Counted from the whole stretch's first letter, positions 22,175 through 35,950 are shown. The stretch: 63,996 nucleotides of DNA, filler included, from Diploschistes diacapsis (GCA_023645945.1; 10 parts of 10 records of this genome joined end to end with filler, not necessarily neighbours in it), one strand, 5' to 3'. Made by a program: numbers and translations. The notes: generated from the letters alone by a model not told the origin.

Positions 22175-25100
22175 ATGCAATCGAGGCCTACTGAACTTCC
22201 CAAAGTTTTTTCACCAGCAACCCTTCCCGAGTCCAATCAGCCTAGCCATCATGGAGACCGTCACGATGACCATAGTATCGCTACTGTTGCCTCTTTCGAG
22301 GCAGAAGTTGGGAGCGCAACGCCCGACTCACAGCGCGAGGGAGATTCGTCTGCCTCGTCGCAAGCACGCGAAGAGCATCCCGTGGAAGGACCGAACAGCG
22401 ATAGATTGAGCAACCTGGTCACTCCTCGCAATAAATCTCCAGTCGACCGTATCATAGAGCATGAGAATTCTTCTACTCCCTCACCTCGTACTCGATGGCG
22501 AGGACCAGAATTTAGGATAATACCCAGAACTTCGAAACCTGCTTCAGGTTCTACTAAATTGAGTGATTTCCCCAATGGTAAGAGTCCCTTCGGCGCGTAC
22601 ATTGGGGCATCTCTCACCATTAGCAGAGGTCTTGACGCACATTCTCTCGCACCTGCCTCCGTCCTCGCTCACTACGATTGCTCTGGTATCTCAACGATTT
22701 CATGCATTGGTGACAACACCCCACGCATGGAGGATTGCTTTCGAGAGATTTTTCTCGGGATCAAAGCCTGTGACAAGACTAGATCCGACGCGGCAAGCAT
22801 CCGTAGGAGGAAGTGATGATATCGTGTCTGAAAAGAGGTTCTTTACGCGACTCACAGCATTAGCATCTTGGCGCAGTGAGTACATCTTGAGGACGAGACT
22901 CCTGCGTTGCCTGGCTCGTGGTAAGCCGGCACAAATTCTCACATCTGGGAATGCCGCTCCGCGTTGGAGCTCGAACAACACGGCCAACGCCCAAATTACG
23001 TATAATACGAACCTATTGACGACCGTTACCCATTTGGATGCTTCCTTTGGACCCGGGCTCAATAGAAAGTCGGCAAAAATTGTTCATGGTGGAGCAGATG
23101 TTGGCACGGCATCGTCTAGCGATCCAAGCACTGGAAAAATTGATGCTTGGGGTTCTGGAGATCCTCAGTCGTTTCTTCAGTTTACAGAAAGATATCCCGG
23201 AGAGGCAGAATATGGTTTGGGTGCTGGTGATGTGGTTGGTGTACCAAATTCCATGGCTGTGAGCCAGAAACATGGCATGGTCTACGCCGACGGGTCACCC
23301 GGTGGTCAAGCCTACTACAGATCAGTTGACGAACAACGTGGACGCATGCTTCTAGGATCACGGCCACAGTCTGCTCCTGAACTCGGAGTGCCTTGGCTTG
23401 ACTCCGCCCACGAGGCGATGTGCTCTGTATGGATTTCGAAGACTGCAAATGTACCTGAATTGACGGAAGGCCTCATTGGCATTCTTTCCGGTTCTTCATA
23501 TGGCGTCGTGACTGCCTACTCGCTTGGTACCAACGGTCTCCGCGGCAGACGATTAGAGCGTGGTGAAATGACGGCGCGCTGGGTTCTCAGCCCTGGTGTG
23601 CCAATCGTCGCAATCACCGTCGACGAAACGTGTTCCTTTCAACGTCAAGCCGATAGTCGCATCTGGGCTGTTGCGCTAAACGCCTTGGGCGAAGTGTACT
23701 ACCTTACAGAGTTTCCTAAAAGACGCGCCGATTTGGACCCTAGTAAGTTGTCCGACGAGAGATTGTACAGCCTAGCTTATGAAACTGGCCGAACTGTGTA
23801 TTGGGCGCTGGCTGAGCCGACTCGTCGTGTTGCTCGTATTGATCCTTACGATAGGTCCAGCTTTGACGGAAGCTATACTCCAAGAGGCTCGTCAAATCCA
23901 ATGGGTTTGAGCAAGGAACAAATTCATGCAGAGACGAAGGAGATTGAAAAGTTTGCGCGAGAGAAACCGAAACACTTTCGCCAAGTGTGTGAAGGCTGGG
24001 ATATGCGGCGCCGGATGGAAGTAGATTTTGCCGGTGTCAATGAGAACAAGGCTGGGGAGTCTATCGTCGTGTTCGAGTGCGGCCTCGATGAAGGGCAGGT
24101 TGCCAGAATCAAACGTTACAGTCGGCTTTTCAATGAACGGTCAGTGTCCGCACAGCAATCTAGGACACAGTCGCCGCTTTTACAGCCGGATACACCGTCG
24201 TTGTTCGGAGGATCAGAGGTCTTCCAGTCTACCACCCCTCTACCGCAATGGTCTTTTCCTGACCCGGATTTTCCTCGGAGAGGATCCTTCGCTGAAAGTG
24301 GTGCTGACGAAGAGGTTGAGCAATTTGAATCATGGCGGACGTCTACCTTTGCCTTTGCAGGCCTCAAATCACCGCAAGTCACGGCGACTGCTTTGGACCT
24401 TTCAACGCTTGCTCTTCTTTCTGTCTCAGAAGACCCTCTGCTTGGCTTGTCCATCTCATCTGTAGCGTCTTCGCCGTTTGGTTCTCCTCTTGGCAGGATG
24501 CCACGACCCGGCAAGCCTTCCGAGATACCTGGACAGCGCTCACGTCTGATCGCCGCTGGCACACAAATAGGAACAATTATCGTTTGGAATATGCGGGCTC
24601 CGGTTTCACCTTCTTCGGAAATCATCAATACTATTGAACCACTACGCGTCATTCACACGGATTCACCCCAGATATCCTGCCTCGCGCTTTCTTCCCTCTA
24701 TCTTATCCACGGCGGCAATGATGGTCTAGTGCAAGCTTGGGATCCTCTGGTTTCCAATACCGAGCCAATCCGTACCATTAACTCACGCTTCTCTACACGC
24801 GCTCGTCGCCGGCTCCTTCAAGCTGAAGCCTCGCCATGGGGCGTTGGAATCAATCTTTTTGCTGCGGGTGCTGTCTATCTTGACCCCGATCCGACTACCT
24901 TACGTGGTATGGTTTCATTAGGCTCACATCTCCGCTACTGGAGTTACAGTTCGCAAGCTGCGGATCAATACAAGTCCAGCAAGCGACGTCTGCGTCATTC
25001 CGAGCGCGGCAGTAACCGCAGCAGCGAGAAGTTCACTTCTACTGGTCGAGGAGCACTTCAAGATTATATCGCTGATGAGAGAAGAGAACTGGAACAAGAG

Positions 25101-25643
25101 AAGCAGAGTCGTCGTAAGGAGCAAGCTCGCCTCGCAGGACGGTTCGGTGTTGATCTATTAGGGCCTGGAGCAACTGAAGACGAGATCATGGCATATGCAA
25201 CTATGCTGAGTGAAGAGGCTGCTCAGGCAGATCGGAAGAGACGAGAAAGCTCCAGCGCTAGTAGCGAGACTATTATGGATGTCGTGTATTCTCCTTCTAT
25301 CAACACCATTCCAACCGACGACGAAGAAGATGCAGAGCTTGCTGCTGCACTACGTCTAAGTCTCAGAGAGCGCGGATCGCCCACATATTCGCCCACTAGC
25401 TCCAGTCTGGAAATAGAATATCCTGTACGCTACGTGAAGGATCGCAGGAGCCCGTCGAGATCCCCGCCGGCCATAGCGGGTAGCAGCGTCCAGGCTGAGG
25501 CCGACGATTTGGACTTTGCGCTGCAACTGAGTCTAGCCGAGGAGCAAAGCCGTGCTGAGGTGGGCGTGGAGGACTTCCCGACATTGGAGAGGAGCGGAAG
25601 CCCACCGACCAGAAAGGGCAAAGGGAAGCGGCGGGAGTCTTGA
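22175..25643 (+). CDS. F-box/WD40 protein with C-terminal UIMs (Pof10-like); join(22175..22577,22627..25643)
   Basis: Spliced F-box LSDFPNEVLTHILSHLPPSSL; WD-type segments GTIIVWN and GGNDGLVQAWD; UIMs EEDAELAAALRLSL and DDLDFALQLSLAE. Confidence 0.88.
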
Positions 25644-25910
25644 ACATGGAAGCAAACGTAGGCCTTGGCCTTCTTGTTGCTGCGAAGCTTTGATTGCTAT
25701 CTTCAGTTCTGCATTGTCTTAAAGTACTTGAGTTTACTTCTCGATGGCGCTGCGTTATGTGTATGCTCACTATAGCACGTTCTAAATCTACTCAATCCCC
25801 CAAAATGCTATTTCCTTGCATTCCAAGCGCCCCAAAAATACTATGTACAATGTCCCCAACTGCGTGATCCCCCCTCACGTCCCCGGATTCAATCCATCCA
25901 CTCCACTCCC

Positions 25911-26010
25911 NNNNNNNNNNNNNNNNNNNNNNNNNNNNNNNNNNNNNNNNNNNNTTAATTAATTAANNNNNNNNNNNNNNNNNNNNNNNNNNNNNNNNNN
26001 NNNNNNNNNN
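25911..26010. other. Artificial contig spacer
   Basis: N44-TTAATTAATTAA-N44. Confidence 0.99.
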
Positions 26011-26360
26011 GGAGGGGCACAGTTTGATTCTCACACGGGATTGACCGGGCTAACAAAACCATCATTAGCTAGTAGATTAGGCTAGGCTAGTGGGAAATTG
26101 GCTCTTTTCTCTCGGCTCCTCCCAAAAAACACGCATCTTCTTTTTTTTCACCCAGTTGGCCTTCTAATACCTTTTTTCTCCACCCTCCTCTCTTCCTCTT
26201 ACCTTCTTACCCTCACCCCTCTTCCGTCCACCAGCTACCCACACTTCGCCGTCGAGGGCTTTCCTTCTTCTCAAGCCTCGTCGTCGCGTGCGACCGCTTG
26301 TGATTGATTGCCCATTGCATTCCCTAATTCGGTAGGTCTGCTCTGGTGGTGCACGCAAAA

Positions 26361-29300
26361 ATGGCGGACAACAACAATACTACCACAACATCAACCACGC
26401 ATCAGTCGTCGACAACCACCAACCGTCTCGACACTGAGATTCCAAGTGGCAACATGGACAACAGCAATGGCGGACATGTTCACAATGAGAAGCAAGAAAT
26501 CTCGAACCATTCTGCGAAAGCCGAGAAGAAAGCTGGCGCCAATCCCGAGGACGAGGAAGATGAGGACATGGACGCGCTGATCGACGAGCTCGAGTCTCAA
26601 GATGGCGCCGTTGGAGAAGAGGAGGAGGAGGAGGAAGTCGGGAATGGCGAAGCTCCTCCGGTTCCGGAGGAGCTTCTCCAAACCGATACTCGCATGGGTC
26701 TTACCGAGCATGAGGTCGCTCAGCGAAGAAAGAAGTTTGGTCTCAATCAGATGAAGGAGGAAAAGGAGAATCTTGTTCTCAAGTTCCTAGGCTACTTCGT
26801 CGGCCCTATCCAATTCGTCATGGAGGTAAGTTCCTTTGTCTTCTGTCCTTTCCTTGACCTGTTAGAGCTTCGTCGTCGACTCTCTTGGCTGATACGGTTC
26901 CCCCCCCCCCCCCTCACCTCGGGAAACGCCAAGAGAAAGAGCCAAAACGCCATGACAAGGATGACGAAGGTGCGCTAACATGTTGTTTTTTCGCACAGGC
27001 TGCCGCAGTTCTTGCTGCCGGTCTCGAGGACTGGGTCGATTTCGGTGTCATCTGCGCTCTTCTCCTGCTCAACGCTGCCGTCGGTTTCATCCAAGAGTTC
27101 CAGGCCGGTTCCATCGTCGACGAATTAAAGAAGACTTTGGCTCTCAAGGCCGTTGTCCTGCGTGACGGTCAGCTCAAGGAAGTCGAGGCCCCCCAGGTCG
27201 TGCCCGGTGATATCCTCCAGGTTGAAGAGGTATGTTCGGCTTTCGGCGCTCTTTGACTGCTCCGCTGACCCGGCATCACCAGGGTACCATTATTCCTGCC
27301 GACGGCAGAATCGTGACCGAAGATGCCTACCTCCAGGTCGATCAGTCTGCCCTTACCGGTGAATCGCTCGCCGTCGAGAAGCACAGGGGCGACCAATGTT
27401 TCGCATCCTCCGCCGTCAAGCGTGGTGAGGCTTTCATCGTCATCACCCACACCGGCGACCGTACTTTCGTCGGTCGCGCCGCCGCCTTGGTGAGCGCCGC
27501 CTCTTCCGGCACCGGCCACTTCACCGAAGTCTTGCACGGCATCGGCACTATTCTCTTGGTCCTCGTCATCTTGACCCTTCTCGTCGTTTGGGTATCTTCC
27601 TTCTACCGATCCAACGAAATCGTGGCGATCCTGAATTTCACCCTTGCCATCACCATCATCGGTGTGCCCGTCGGTCTCCCTGCCGTCGTCACCACCACCA
27701 TGGCCGTCGGTGCTGCTTACCTGGCAAAGAAGAAGGCCATCGTCCAGAAGCTCTCGGCCATCGAATCTCTTGCCGGCGTGGAAATCCTTTGCTCCGACAA
27801 GACCGGAACGTTGACGAAGAACAAGCTTACTCTTTCGGAACCGTACTGTGTGGCCGGTGTCGACCCCGAGGACCTCATGCTCACGGCTTGCTTGGCTGCT
27901 TCTCGCAAGAAGAAGGGCATCGATGCCATCGACAAGGCTTTCTTGAAGTCGCTCCGGTACTACCCGCGCGCAAAGGGCGTCCTCTCCAAGTACAGGGTCA
28001 TCCAGTTCTTCCCTTTCGACCCCGTATCCAAGAAGGTTTCGGCCATCGTCGAGTCCCCGCAGGGCGAGCGCATCACCTGTGTCAAGGGTGCACCGCTTTT
28101 CGTTCTGAAGACCGTCGCCGAAGACCACCCCGTCCCCGAAGATGTTGACCAGGCCTACAAGAACAAGGTCGCTGATTTCGCCACCCGTGGCTACCGTTCC
28201 CTCGGCGTCGCGCGCAAGCGCGGCGAAGGCCAGTGGGAGATCCTCGGCATCATGCCTTGCGCCGATCCTCCCCGCCACGATACTGCCAAGACGATCAACG
28301 AAGCCAAGACGCTCGGTCTGTCCATCAAGATGTTGACCGGTGATGCCGTCGGCATCGCTCGTGAAACCTCGCGTCAGCTCGGTCTCGGCACCAACGTCTA
28401 CAACGCGGAGAAACTTGGTCTATCCGGTGGAGGAACCATGCCCGGTTCGGAGGTCTACGACTTCGTCGAGGCTGCCGATGGTTTCGCCGAAGTCTTCCCC
28501 CAGCACAAGTACAACGTGGTCGAAATCTTGCAGCAGCGTGGCTACCTCGTTGCCATGACCGGCGACGGTGTCAACGATGCGCCATCCCTCAAGAAGGCCG
28601 ATACCGGCATTGCCGTCGAAGGTGCTTCCGATGCTGCTCGATCCGCCGCCGACATCGTCTTCTTGGCCCCCGGTCTATCTGCCATCATCGATGCTCTCAA
28701 GACTTCTCGCCAGATCTTCCACCGCATGTACGCCTACGTTGTCTACCGTATCGCCCTGTCGTTGCACCTGGAGATCTTCCTCGGTCTGTGGATCGCCATC
28801 CTCAACACCAGCCTGAATATTGAGTTGGTCGTCTTCATCGCCATCTTTGCCGATATCGCCACACTGGCCATCGCCTACGACAATGCGCCCTTTGACAGGA
28901 AGCCCGTCAAGTGGAACCTTCCTCGTCTCTGGGGCATGTCCGTTCTGCTCGGTATCGTGCTCGCCGTCGGTACCTGGATCACCCTCACCACCATGTACTC
29001 CGGCGGCCTCATCGACCCCTCAGCTGCAGGCACCAAGAACGCCGGCGTGATCCAGAACTTTGGTAACTTGGACGAAGTCATCTTCCTCGAGATTTCGCTC
29101 ACAGAAAACTGGCTCATCTTCATCACTCGTGCCGACGGTCCTTTCTGGGCTTCAATTCCATCATGGCAGCTGACCGGTGCCATCCTGATCGTCGACCTGG
29201 TTGCTACCATGTTCTGTCTCTTCGGCTTCTTCAGAGGTCCCTGGACCTCGATCGTCACCGTCGTCCGTGTCTGGCTCTTCTCGTTTGGTATCTTCTGCTG

Positions 29301-29506
29301 TCTGGGCGGTCTCTACTTCCTACTGCAGAGGTCAACCGGATTCGACTCCCTCATGCACGGCAAGTCGCCGAAGAAGAACACGAAGCAGCGGTCTCTCGAA
29401 GATTTCGGTAAGTTTGCAGAGTCCGTCCGTGTTCGATCCCGAGGCTAATTCTTTTACAGTTGTTTCCCTTCAGCGTGTCTCAACCCAGCACGAGAAGAAC
29501 GCGTAA
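26361..29506 (+). CDS. PMA1: Plasma membrane H+-ATPase; join(26361..26825,26999..27229,27283..29407,29460..29506)
   Basis: CSDKTGTLT phosphorylation site, [29 protein letters not shown]-terminal [11 protein letters not shown]; canonical introns; strong codon bias. Confidence 0.98.
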
Positions 29507-30292
29507 GCCTCTCTTTAGATACCCCAGTTAATGGGGCAGCGGACGTCGGTCGATCGATTTGGAAAGCTTGTAAGATGGATAGCTGGGTTTTCGCTTCATG
29601 TGATGGACACATTCATGTGCATATCTAGAGAGGCTGTGCTCCCCGGTGTTTCCGGACCTTGCAAGTCGCCTTAGTTGGAGTGATCGCCGCTGAGTCCCCC
29701 ACGCTTTTGGAAACCCAACCAAAATATTTCTTTTTGTCACTTGTATACTTGCATCTGTTGGGGGAGGAGGAGATGGGGGTAGTTCTCTTCGAGACACTGC
29801 TCTTTGGCTCGCATCAGCAGAGACGGCTTTGTGCATAGTTTTCTTAATGAGAGGGAGTGTCTCGAAGAGACTAAATTACTTACCTGGTGCCTGTGCAGAA
29901 GCTGTGATTCTGACCCTTGACATGCATGGTGTATGCTGGGGATAATACCTCCCATTATTATTTCTTCAGCGGGTATATGCGTCATACCCCAGCTCCCTGT
30001 CACACACACACCTTATCGGATACATGAAACGCTAGAAGACTACCGATCCACCATTCACTATACTGTCAAATAGAAGTGGACGGGTCCGTACGTACGTACG
30101 CGTATCCCACCAGCGTAGGCATGAGGCGCTCCTCCTCGAGGCTACATCGGACCCCCGCGCATCTGATACCCTGTACTAAGTGCCTCGTTTGCTTCGTCAC
30201 AAAGATGATCCCCTGCAGCAAACAGTTTGCCCAATATTCGGTGCAATTTGCCTCCATCAATCCTTGCACAACGCCAAAAAAAGTAATGAAAT

Positions 30293-32399
30293 ATGCCTCC
30301 GCCAGATATACCTGGCATGTACTACGGTAGGTCCCACGTGTGTTGCTGAACCCGTTCTGCATATTTCCATTTGTTCTCTCTGGACCGAACATGTTTCTTG
30401 TGTAAACAATCTTTGAATTCTGGACAAGCTAATTGGTTTCCCCCTCTCCCTACGAAGATTCCGAGAAGCACCGCTACATGAAGATCCAGCCCGATCACCA
30501 TGCTCGGAATCTAGGATCTGCAGTAGCCAGCAAAGTCTCCGCCAGCGCCATTCGGGCCGAACGAGAAGCGAAGCAGGTGCGTGCACCTGAAACCCCCCCC
30601 CCCCTTTGACACCATGCCACAACCGTCCCTCCTTAAGCTATATGCTCACCCTCCGCCGTGCTAGCAACAAAGCAAACACGAGGCCGCTGCCAAACGCGTC
30701 CAGCAGTCGACGGTGCGGCGCTCCAAGGTTCTTCATCATGCCCTGGGCGGTCTGCGCCTCGGCCATGAGCTCTCCACCACGGCCGAGACACCATCAATGA
30801 CTGTGGGGAAAGTTTGGGCACAGAGTTTGGAGACATGTAGGAAGTTTGGCTTGGAGCCGGAGAAGTATATCGAGGATCAGATTATTACCAACGTGCTGAG
30901 GGACCCGTCGAATGGGAACCATTATGTATCTACGCACTGGCGGGAGAATGTGGGTTATGGGTGCGTGTTCTTTTCCTTCCTATTTTTTTTTGGTGGGAGT
31001 AGGAAGGGTTGGAGCTTGGACGGGTGGGCTTGCTGATGGGTCGACCAGGTGCGTGTATGAGTCGGACGAGCTGGATGAGTCGAGTGAGAGGCGGAGGATG
31101 AAGATGAAGACGCTGGCTTGGTCGAGGAGCGAGAGAGTAAGTAATATTTCCCGGCTACAGGAGGCCGGCTGGGCTGAGAGAGAGACAAGATTACTTCGCT
31201 GAGCTTGGTTTCGCCGAACACACTATAGTAAGAGCTCCCTCTTTTAACATATTCATGTATGGAGCATAGGGGGGGCGGGCTGAAATGAGAGTTAGCGCAA
31301 CAGCCCTCGAAGGCGAATTTCATTCTTTCACAATGGAAGGCGATCCCCTGCAGCCAAGTTATGTGCCTACTCTTGACGCCGGTTTGTCGCCCAAACGCCT
31401 GCTCTACTGTTCTCGTTCACCCTCCACTTTACCTCCGCCTTCTCACCTTTTCCCCTCATCCCCATCTCCACTGGAAGGGCTGCACCGCTAACCCCAAACA
31501 CCCAGGCACCTACTGGTCCCCCCTTCCCAAGCAAACAACCATCTTCTCCGGCTCCCTCTCCACCACATCCCTCTCGCCGTCATCATCTAATGCTCATACG
31601 CCATCTGAACCCGAACTCGCGCTCGCAACCTCCAGTGGCATCTACTGGTCGACAATCTCGCACTCCGAGTGCCCGCATGGCTGGAGTCTCGCCGAAGGAA
31701 GGGACGTGCTGAGCGTGGAATGGAAGGATCCCTGGGTCATCCTGGGCGGTCAGCGAAATGGCGGGGTGTTGTTGGCCGATACGAGGATCAGGAGGGATGC
31801 TACGAATAGTACGGTCAGGCTGGTCCATGGTGGGATTGCGACGAAGGTGAAGAGGGTGGATGAGTGGGGGTCGAGGGTTGTTGTTGGCGGGGCTGGGAAG
31901 GTGAGTTGTACCTCATATATATACCTGGGAGAAGAGAGAGCCTCTTATCTCCAGGTGGTGGTTGTCGAGAGAGCGGTGTCGGTGGGTTTGCTGGAATACC
32001 GACAGGATAATCTTGCTAGTTATCAATGTACGACCTCCGCTTCACGCCGGCCGAAGCCTCACTCCCGAAACTACTGCGGCAGGACAAGCAGACAAAGGCA
32101 TACATCACCTACCCGACTTACAAAAACCAGGCTCTCGGCAATAACGACCTCGACGTCTCGGCAAGGCTGGGGCTTATCGCGACGGCAAGGGTGGATGAAA
32201 ACGGTGGCTGTGGAACGGGTGGGAAACTCTGCGATATAGAGCTCCTGGATTTGTGGAGCGGGGAGAGGGTGGTTCCTGCCGCAGGAGGGGCGACTGGGAT
32301 GGGTAATGGGAAGAAGAGGGAAATGTGGGGGACACAACGGTCGCATACTGTCAAATTCTGGCACGATGAGGATGATGGGCCTGTGGTAAGAGGTGGGGG
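30293..32399 (+). CDS. WDR21/DCAF4-like WD40 protein, multi-exon, 3' partial
   Basis: Spliced start MPPPDIPGMYY|DSEKHRYMKIQ (intron 30327-30457) matches the PGFYYDxEKxRYF motif of DCAF4 proteins; later GGQRNGGVLLADTR and MYDLR (WDxR-like). Internal exon boundaries not fully resolved. Confidence 0.72.
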
Positions 32400-32499
32400 N
32401 NNNNNNNNNNNNNNNNNNNNNNNNNNNNNNNNNNNNNNNNNNNTTAATTAATTAANNNNNNNNNNNNNNNNNNNNNNNNNNNNNNNNNNNNNNNNNNNN
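32400..32499. other. Artificial contig spacer
   Basis: N44-TTAATTAATTAA-N44. Confidence 0.99.
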
Positions 32500-32840
32500 G
32501 GTTAGGTTTGGGTGATTTTTTGGGAAAGTTGGGGGTGGGGCTTACGAGGACGAGGGGGTGGTTCTCGTCCATTAGGTAGTGTCCCGTGCGCTTCAGGGTA
32601 GTAGCTGTGCGGCCGCCGGTGAGGAGGCGGTCGGTGGTGAGGAGGGCGCTGGGGATTTGGAGCCATATGAGGCGGTTGATGAGGCCTATGGGGGTTTTGC
32701 TGTGGATGTATTAGTGAGGGCATGGGTTCCTGCAAATGGGCGCATAGGTACCGAAACCTCGGGAGACTCCCGAACAGCGCACAGAAGACTACGAGCGACA
32801 GAGAAAGGACGCCGATGATGACCTTCTTGAACACACCCAT
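32500..32840 (-). CDS. SWF1: N-terminus of DHHC palmitoyltransferase Swf1-like protein, 3' partial
   Basis: MGVFKKVIIG...CALFGSLPRFR, an intron, then TPIGLINRLIW...DRLLTGGR...GHYLMDENHPLV. The DHHC motif lies beyond the contig end. Confidence 0.75.
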
Positions 32841-33430
32841 GGCGGGCGGCGCTTGTCGCCGTGGATCAAGGCTCATTTATATTCAGTGAGCTGAACCTAA
32901 TACCCTGTGCTAACATTGTTGTTGAGCTCTAGCAATCCCACTGCAGACGCCATCGGCCAGGAGAAAGTGCTCATCGAATCTACTTGTCCTATTGGATCCG
33001 GAAAAGGTCTTTGAGTATTCAAACTTTTTGCCTTTCAATGTCAATATGGACAATACATCATTACTAGACGCCTATATGGATAGCTCAGAGTGATCCAGCA
33101 CTTTTTTGGGGAGGCATCCAGCTTTTGGCCTCTGTGGCGGTCAAACTATTTCACCGGTTGAACTCCGACTTCAGCTTCAACCTGCTGCCACCCTATGGCC
33201 CATATATAAACAGCTAAATGGTCCACAACAATGAACAAACCTGTCTCTGAGCAATAGACGCACCCCAATTGATAAGCTAATATCTCTGCACTTAGTTATG
33301 ACTGAATAAAATGAACCATCAAAGTGATCTTCTGAGAGGGAAGGCGTAAATTTGAAGGCCAAGAGAAAGGAACCACAGACACCGGCATGACTTCGGAACA
33401 CAAGAGTTCCCCTTTCGAGATATCAGATAT

Positions 33431-34010
33431 AAAGGCGTTCTCGTGGCTGGTGCTCTCGATGACCTGCATTGCCCTTCACCATCCCGCAAGAATCGGGCTA
33501 GACGGCGCAGGCTGCTAGCGCCTATCAGACTATAAGCTCGCTCAGGCCAGTTACAACCAGACCGCCACCGAGATCGTTCAAGAGAATGTCTGGTCCATAC
33601 AGCGTTTAACTAACACGACCATCCATATCCTGCTATTCGATCATTACCTGCTGGCCTCCTCGTGCATCCTCGCGCCAGGTTCTTCATGGAGAACGTGAAT
33701 GACACCTGATTGAGGCCTTGGCCTAATCACCGCTGCATGAAGGCCGCCATACTTCGTGGAAGGCGCTGGATGGCTCGGATAGGATGGGGCTCTGGGAGCT
33801 GGGCAACCACAGCCATTGTGAGTTCTCAGCGGAGCAGTAGGCCGCGCTTTTCGCGTACATCAACCGTTTCTTACTCGGCATACCCAGCAGAATACGTCAG
33901 TGTTTGCAACAGACACAAATGTTACGAGCTCGTTCACGGTGCCTGGTGCATGGCTAACTAGCCGCTGCCAGACCTGGCTTGAAGGGAACATACGGTGTCG
34001 AAAACCGCAG
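33431..34010 (+). pseudogene. CE15 glucuronoyl esterase (Cip2-like) pseudogene, C-terminal half
   Basis: Across frames: KGVLVAGALDD/IAL/TIPQESGLDGAGC*RLSD, QTATEIVQENVW, LLFDHYLLASLVHPR, MEN, CMKAA/WKALDGSDRMG, GNHSHCEF, ALFAYINRFLL. Collinear with the CE15 consensus as I recall it; several stops and frameshifts. Confidence 0.85.
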
Positions 34011-34341
34011 CATGGCACTGGTGAGATGTCTGTAGCTACCTCTGAGGTACATAAAACCACTTTATATCTGAACCTGCTGGTACACTGTCAACCACATTAT
34101 ATATACTTAACACCATCAAGATAAGTGAGAAAGTCACGTGCATTCTTGACAGAGAGTTTTTCATTTATCAGCCGCTTTTGGCAAGTTCTTCGAGACTGCT
34201 ATCATGAGTGCCACCTTTTGTCTGACGCGAAACCTAGAAAATTATAACTCTGTTTCGAAGTTCATTGGTTAGGAATCTCCTTTGCACACAACCTTCGCTG
34301 ATCTGGTCCGACTCGAAAACCTTGCGGCATGCACCGTTATC

Positions 34342-35950
34342 ATGCATTTCAACACTATATTGTTATACCCTCAAATTAATTTTCGTTTCGATCTCTTTCT
34401 ATATACCTAGAAGTACCACTTTATTCACCAAAGCTGATCCTCCCTACCCTACTTCGTCCCCATCCTGCCGCCAAAGCAACAGTCAAGCCCGCCTAAGCGA
34501 AGGCTCCACTTCCACGAACTCGACCGTCACCTTCTGGAGCGGCTCGAACTGCACCGGCAAGAGCGGACCCATCCCCAACAGCGGCTACCCCTTTTGTTCC
34601 CAACTGCATGCCACAGAGCTCTCCTTCAATAGCATCACCCTATCCCGACCTTCTTCTACCCAGCAAAATCCTAACTTTTTACTGCAGGGGCTGGAAAGTC
34701 GGCAACTTCACGCGTCAAACCGACAACGTCCTCCAGCACGGCGCGCTCAACAGCTAATGCGGGATTTATAAAGGCACTTACCTGGGTCCCTCGCACGGCA
34801 ACAGCATATGCATACCTCTAAGCTCTGGACTAGATCTGACTGCATTGGCTGGATACGCGCGCGTGCACGCCCAGTTTGTGCACTGGGGTGTAGGAAACCC
34901 ACCGCCCATACTGCGGGACTGTGCGGACCCTCGGTTTGGGGTCATAATTCCGCGATTGTGCCGCCGTTCGGCACGAGGTGGAACCAGACGACGAATACTA
35001 TGGGCACCATTGACACGACTTCGGCAAGTGCAACGACGGCTATGAATTCGGCGGCTGTTCCGGCACTTAGAGGGATGTCGGCTAGCCCGTCGGGGAGCAC
35101 TCCGCAGATGGGCACAATGACGCGGGCGCGGGATCACAGCTATAATTATGGCTTCTGGATCGGTCACAGGGATGGGGTCTGGATCGACTGCACCTCGCTC
35201 GTTACCTCTGACACTTACAGACTCGGCTTCTACTGTAACAGGTTCAGCTTTGATCGTCGCTGTCTCCGGATCACTGACAACCACAGGCTCTGCCTCACAG
35301 CCAACAACTTCTATAGCCCCTACAGGCCCAATCTCGATCTCAGAAGTCCAACCAGCCCTTAGCATACCTTCAGTAGCAACATCGCCTTCTGCAATAGTGG
35401 TGCCTCTGACAAGTACACCTCCGACAAGTACACCTCCGACAAGTACACCTTCGACAAGCGCACCACCAACAAGCACACGTGCAACGAGTACGCCTCCAAC
35501 AAGTACACCTGCAACAAGCATACCAGGCGCAAGTGCACTTCCCACGATGAGCGTACCCCTTACAACATCACCCGCAGCAGTAACATCTGGACCTTCCACG
35601 ACATCACCCGCAACGGCTGCAACTACAGCGCCTCCGTCGATAAGCGCACCTGTAGCGTCCTGGGCACCATCATCCTCGATACCTCCATCGTCCGCAACAC
35701 CGTCCTCAGTAGCCCCATCCTCAGCACCACCGTCCTCAGCACCACCGTCCTCAACACCATCGTCTTCCGCTCCACCTCCCTCCGCCCTATCATCCGCTGC
35801 TTTGACGGCACCCCATCCTCAACACCACCATTCAGTGCCTCTCAGTCTTACGAGGTGATCAGCGGGCAAACGCTGCCCGTTGCCTCGGAGTTTCCAACTC
35901 TGAGCAAGACGGTCACGGTAAGCGGGGCAGTTACCGTGAGTGTGACTTGA
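34342..35950 (+). pseudogene. Fragmented secreted/cell-wall protein: small Cys modules plus Ser/Thr/Pro-rich stalk
   Basis: VTFWSGSNCTG and KLWTRSDCIG modules, then TSTPP and SSAPP repeats (35408-35790). The mucin-like reading moves between ORFs 34265, 34808 and 35148. Confidence 0.55.

Noticed and set aside
27169..28278. 369-aa antisense ORF in PMA1, and similar ones at 18571-19458, 40569-41483 and 34778-35599
   Set aside because: Shadow ORFs caused by biased codon usage of the real gene on the other strand.
35148..35858. Repetitive ORF as a RiPP precursor
   Set aside because: Repeats are Ser/Thr/Pro mucin type with no KR sites or aromatic core, and lie on a different contig from the DUF3328 genes.
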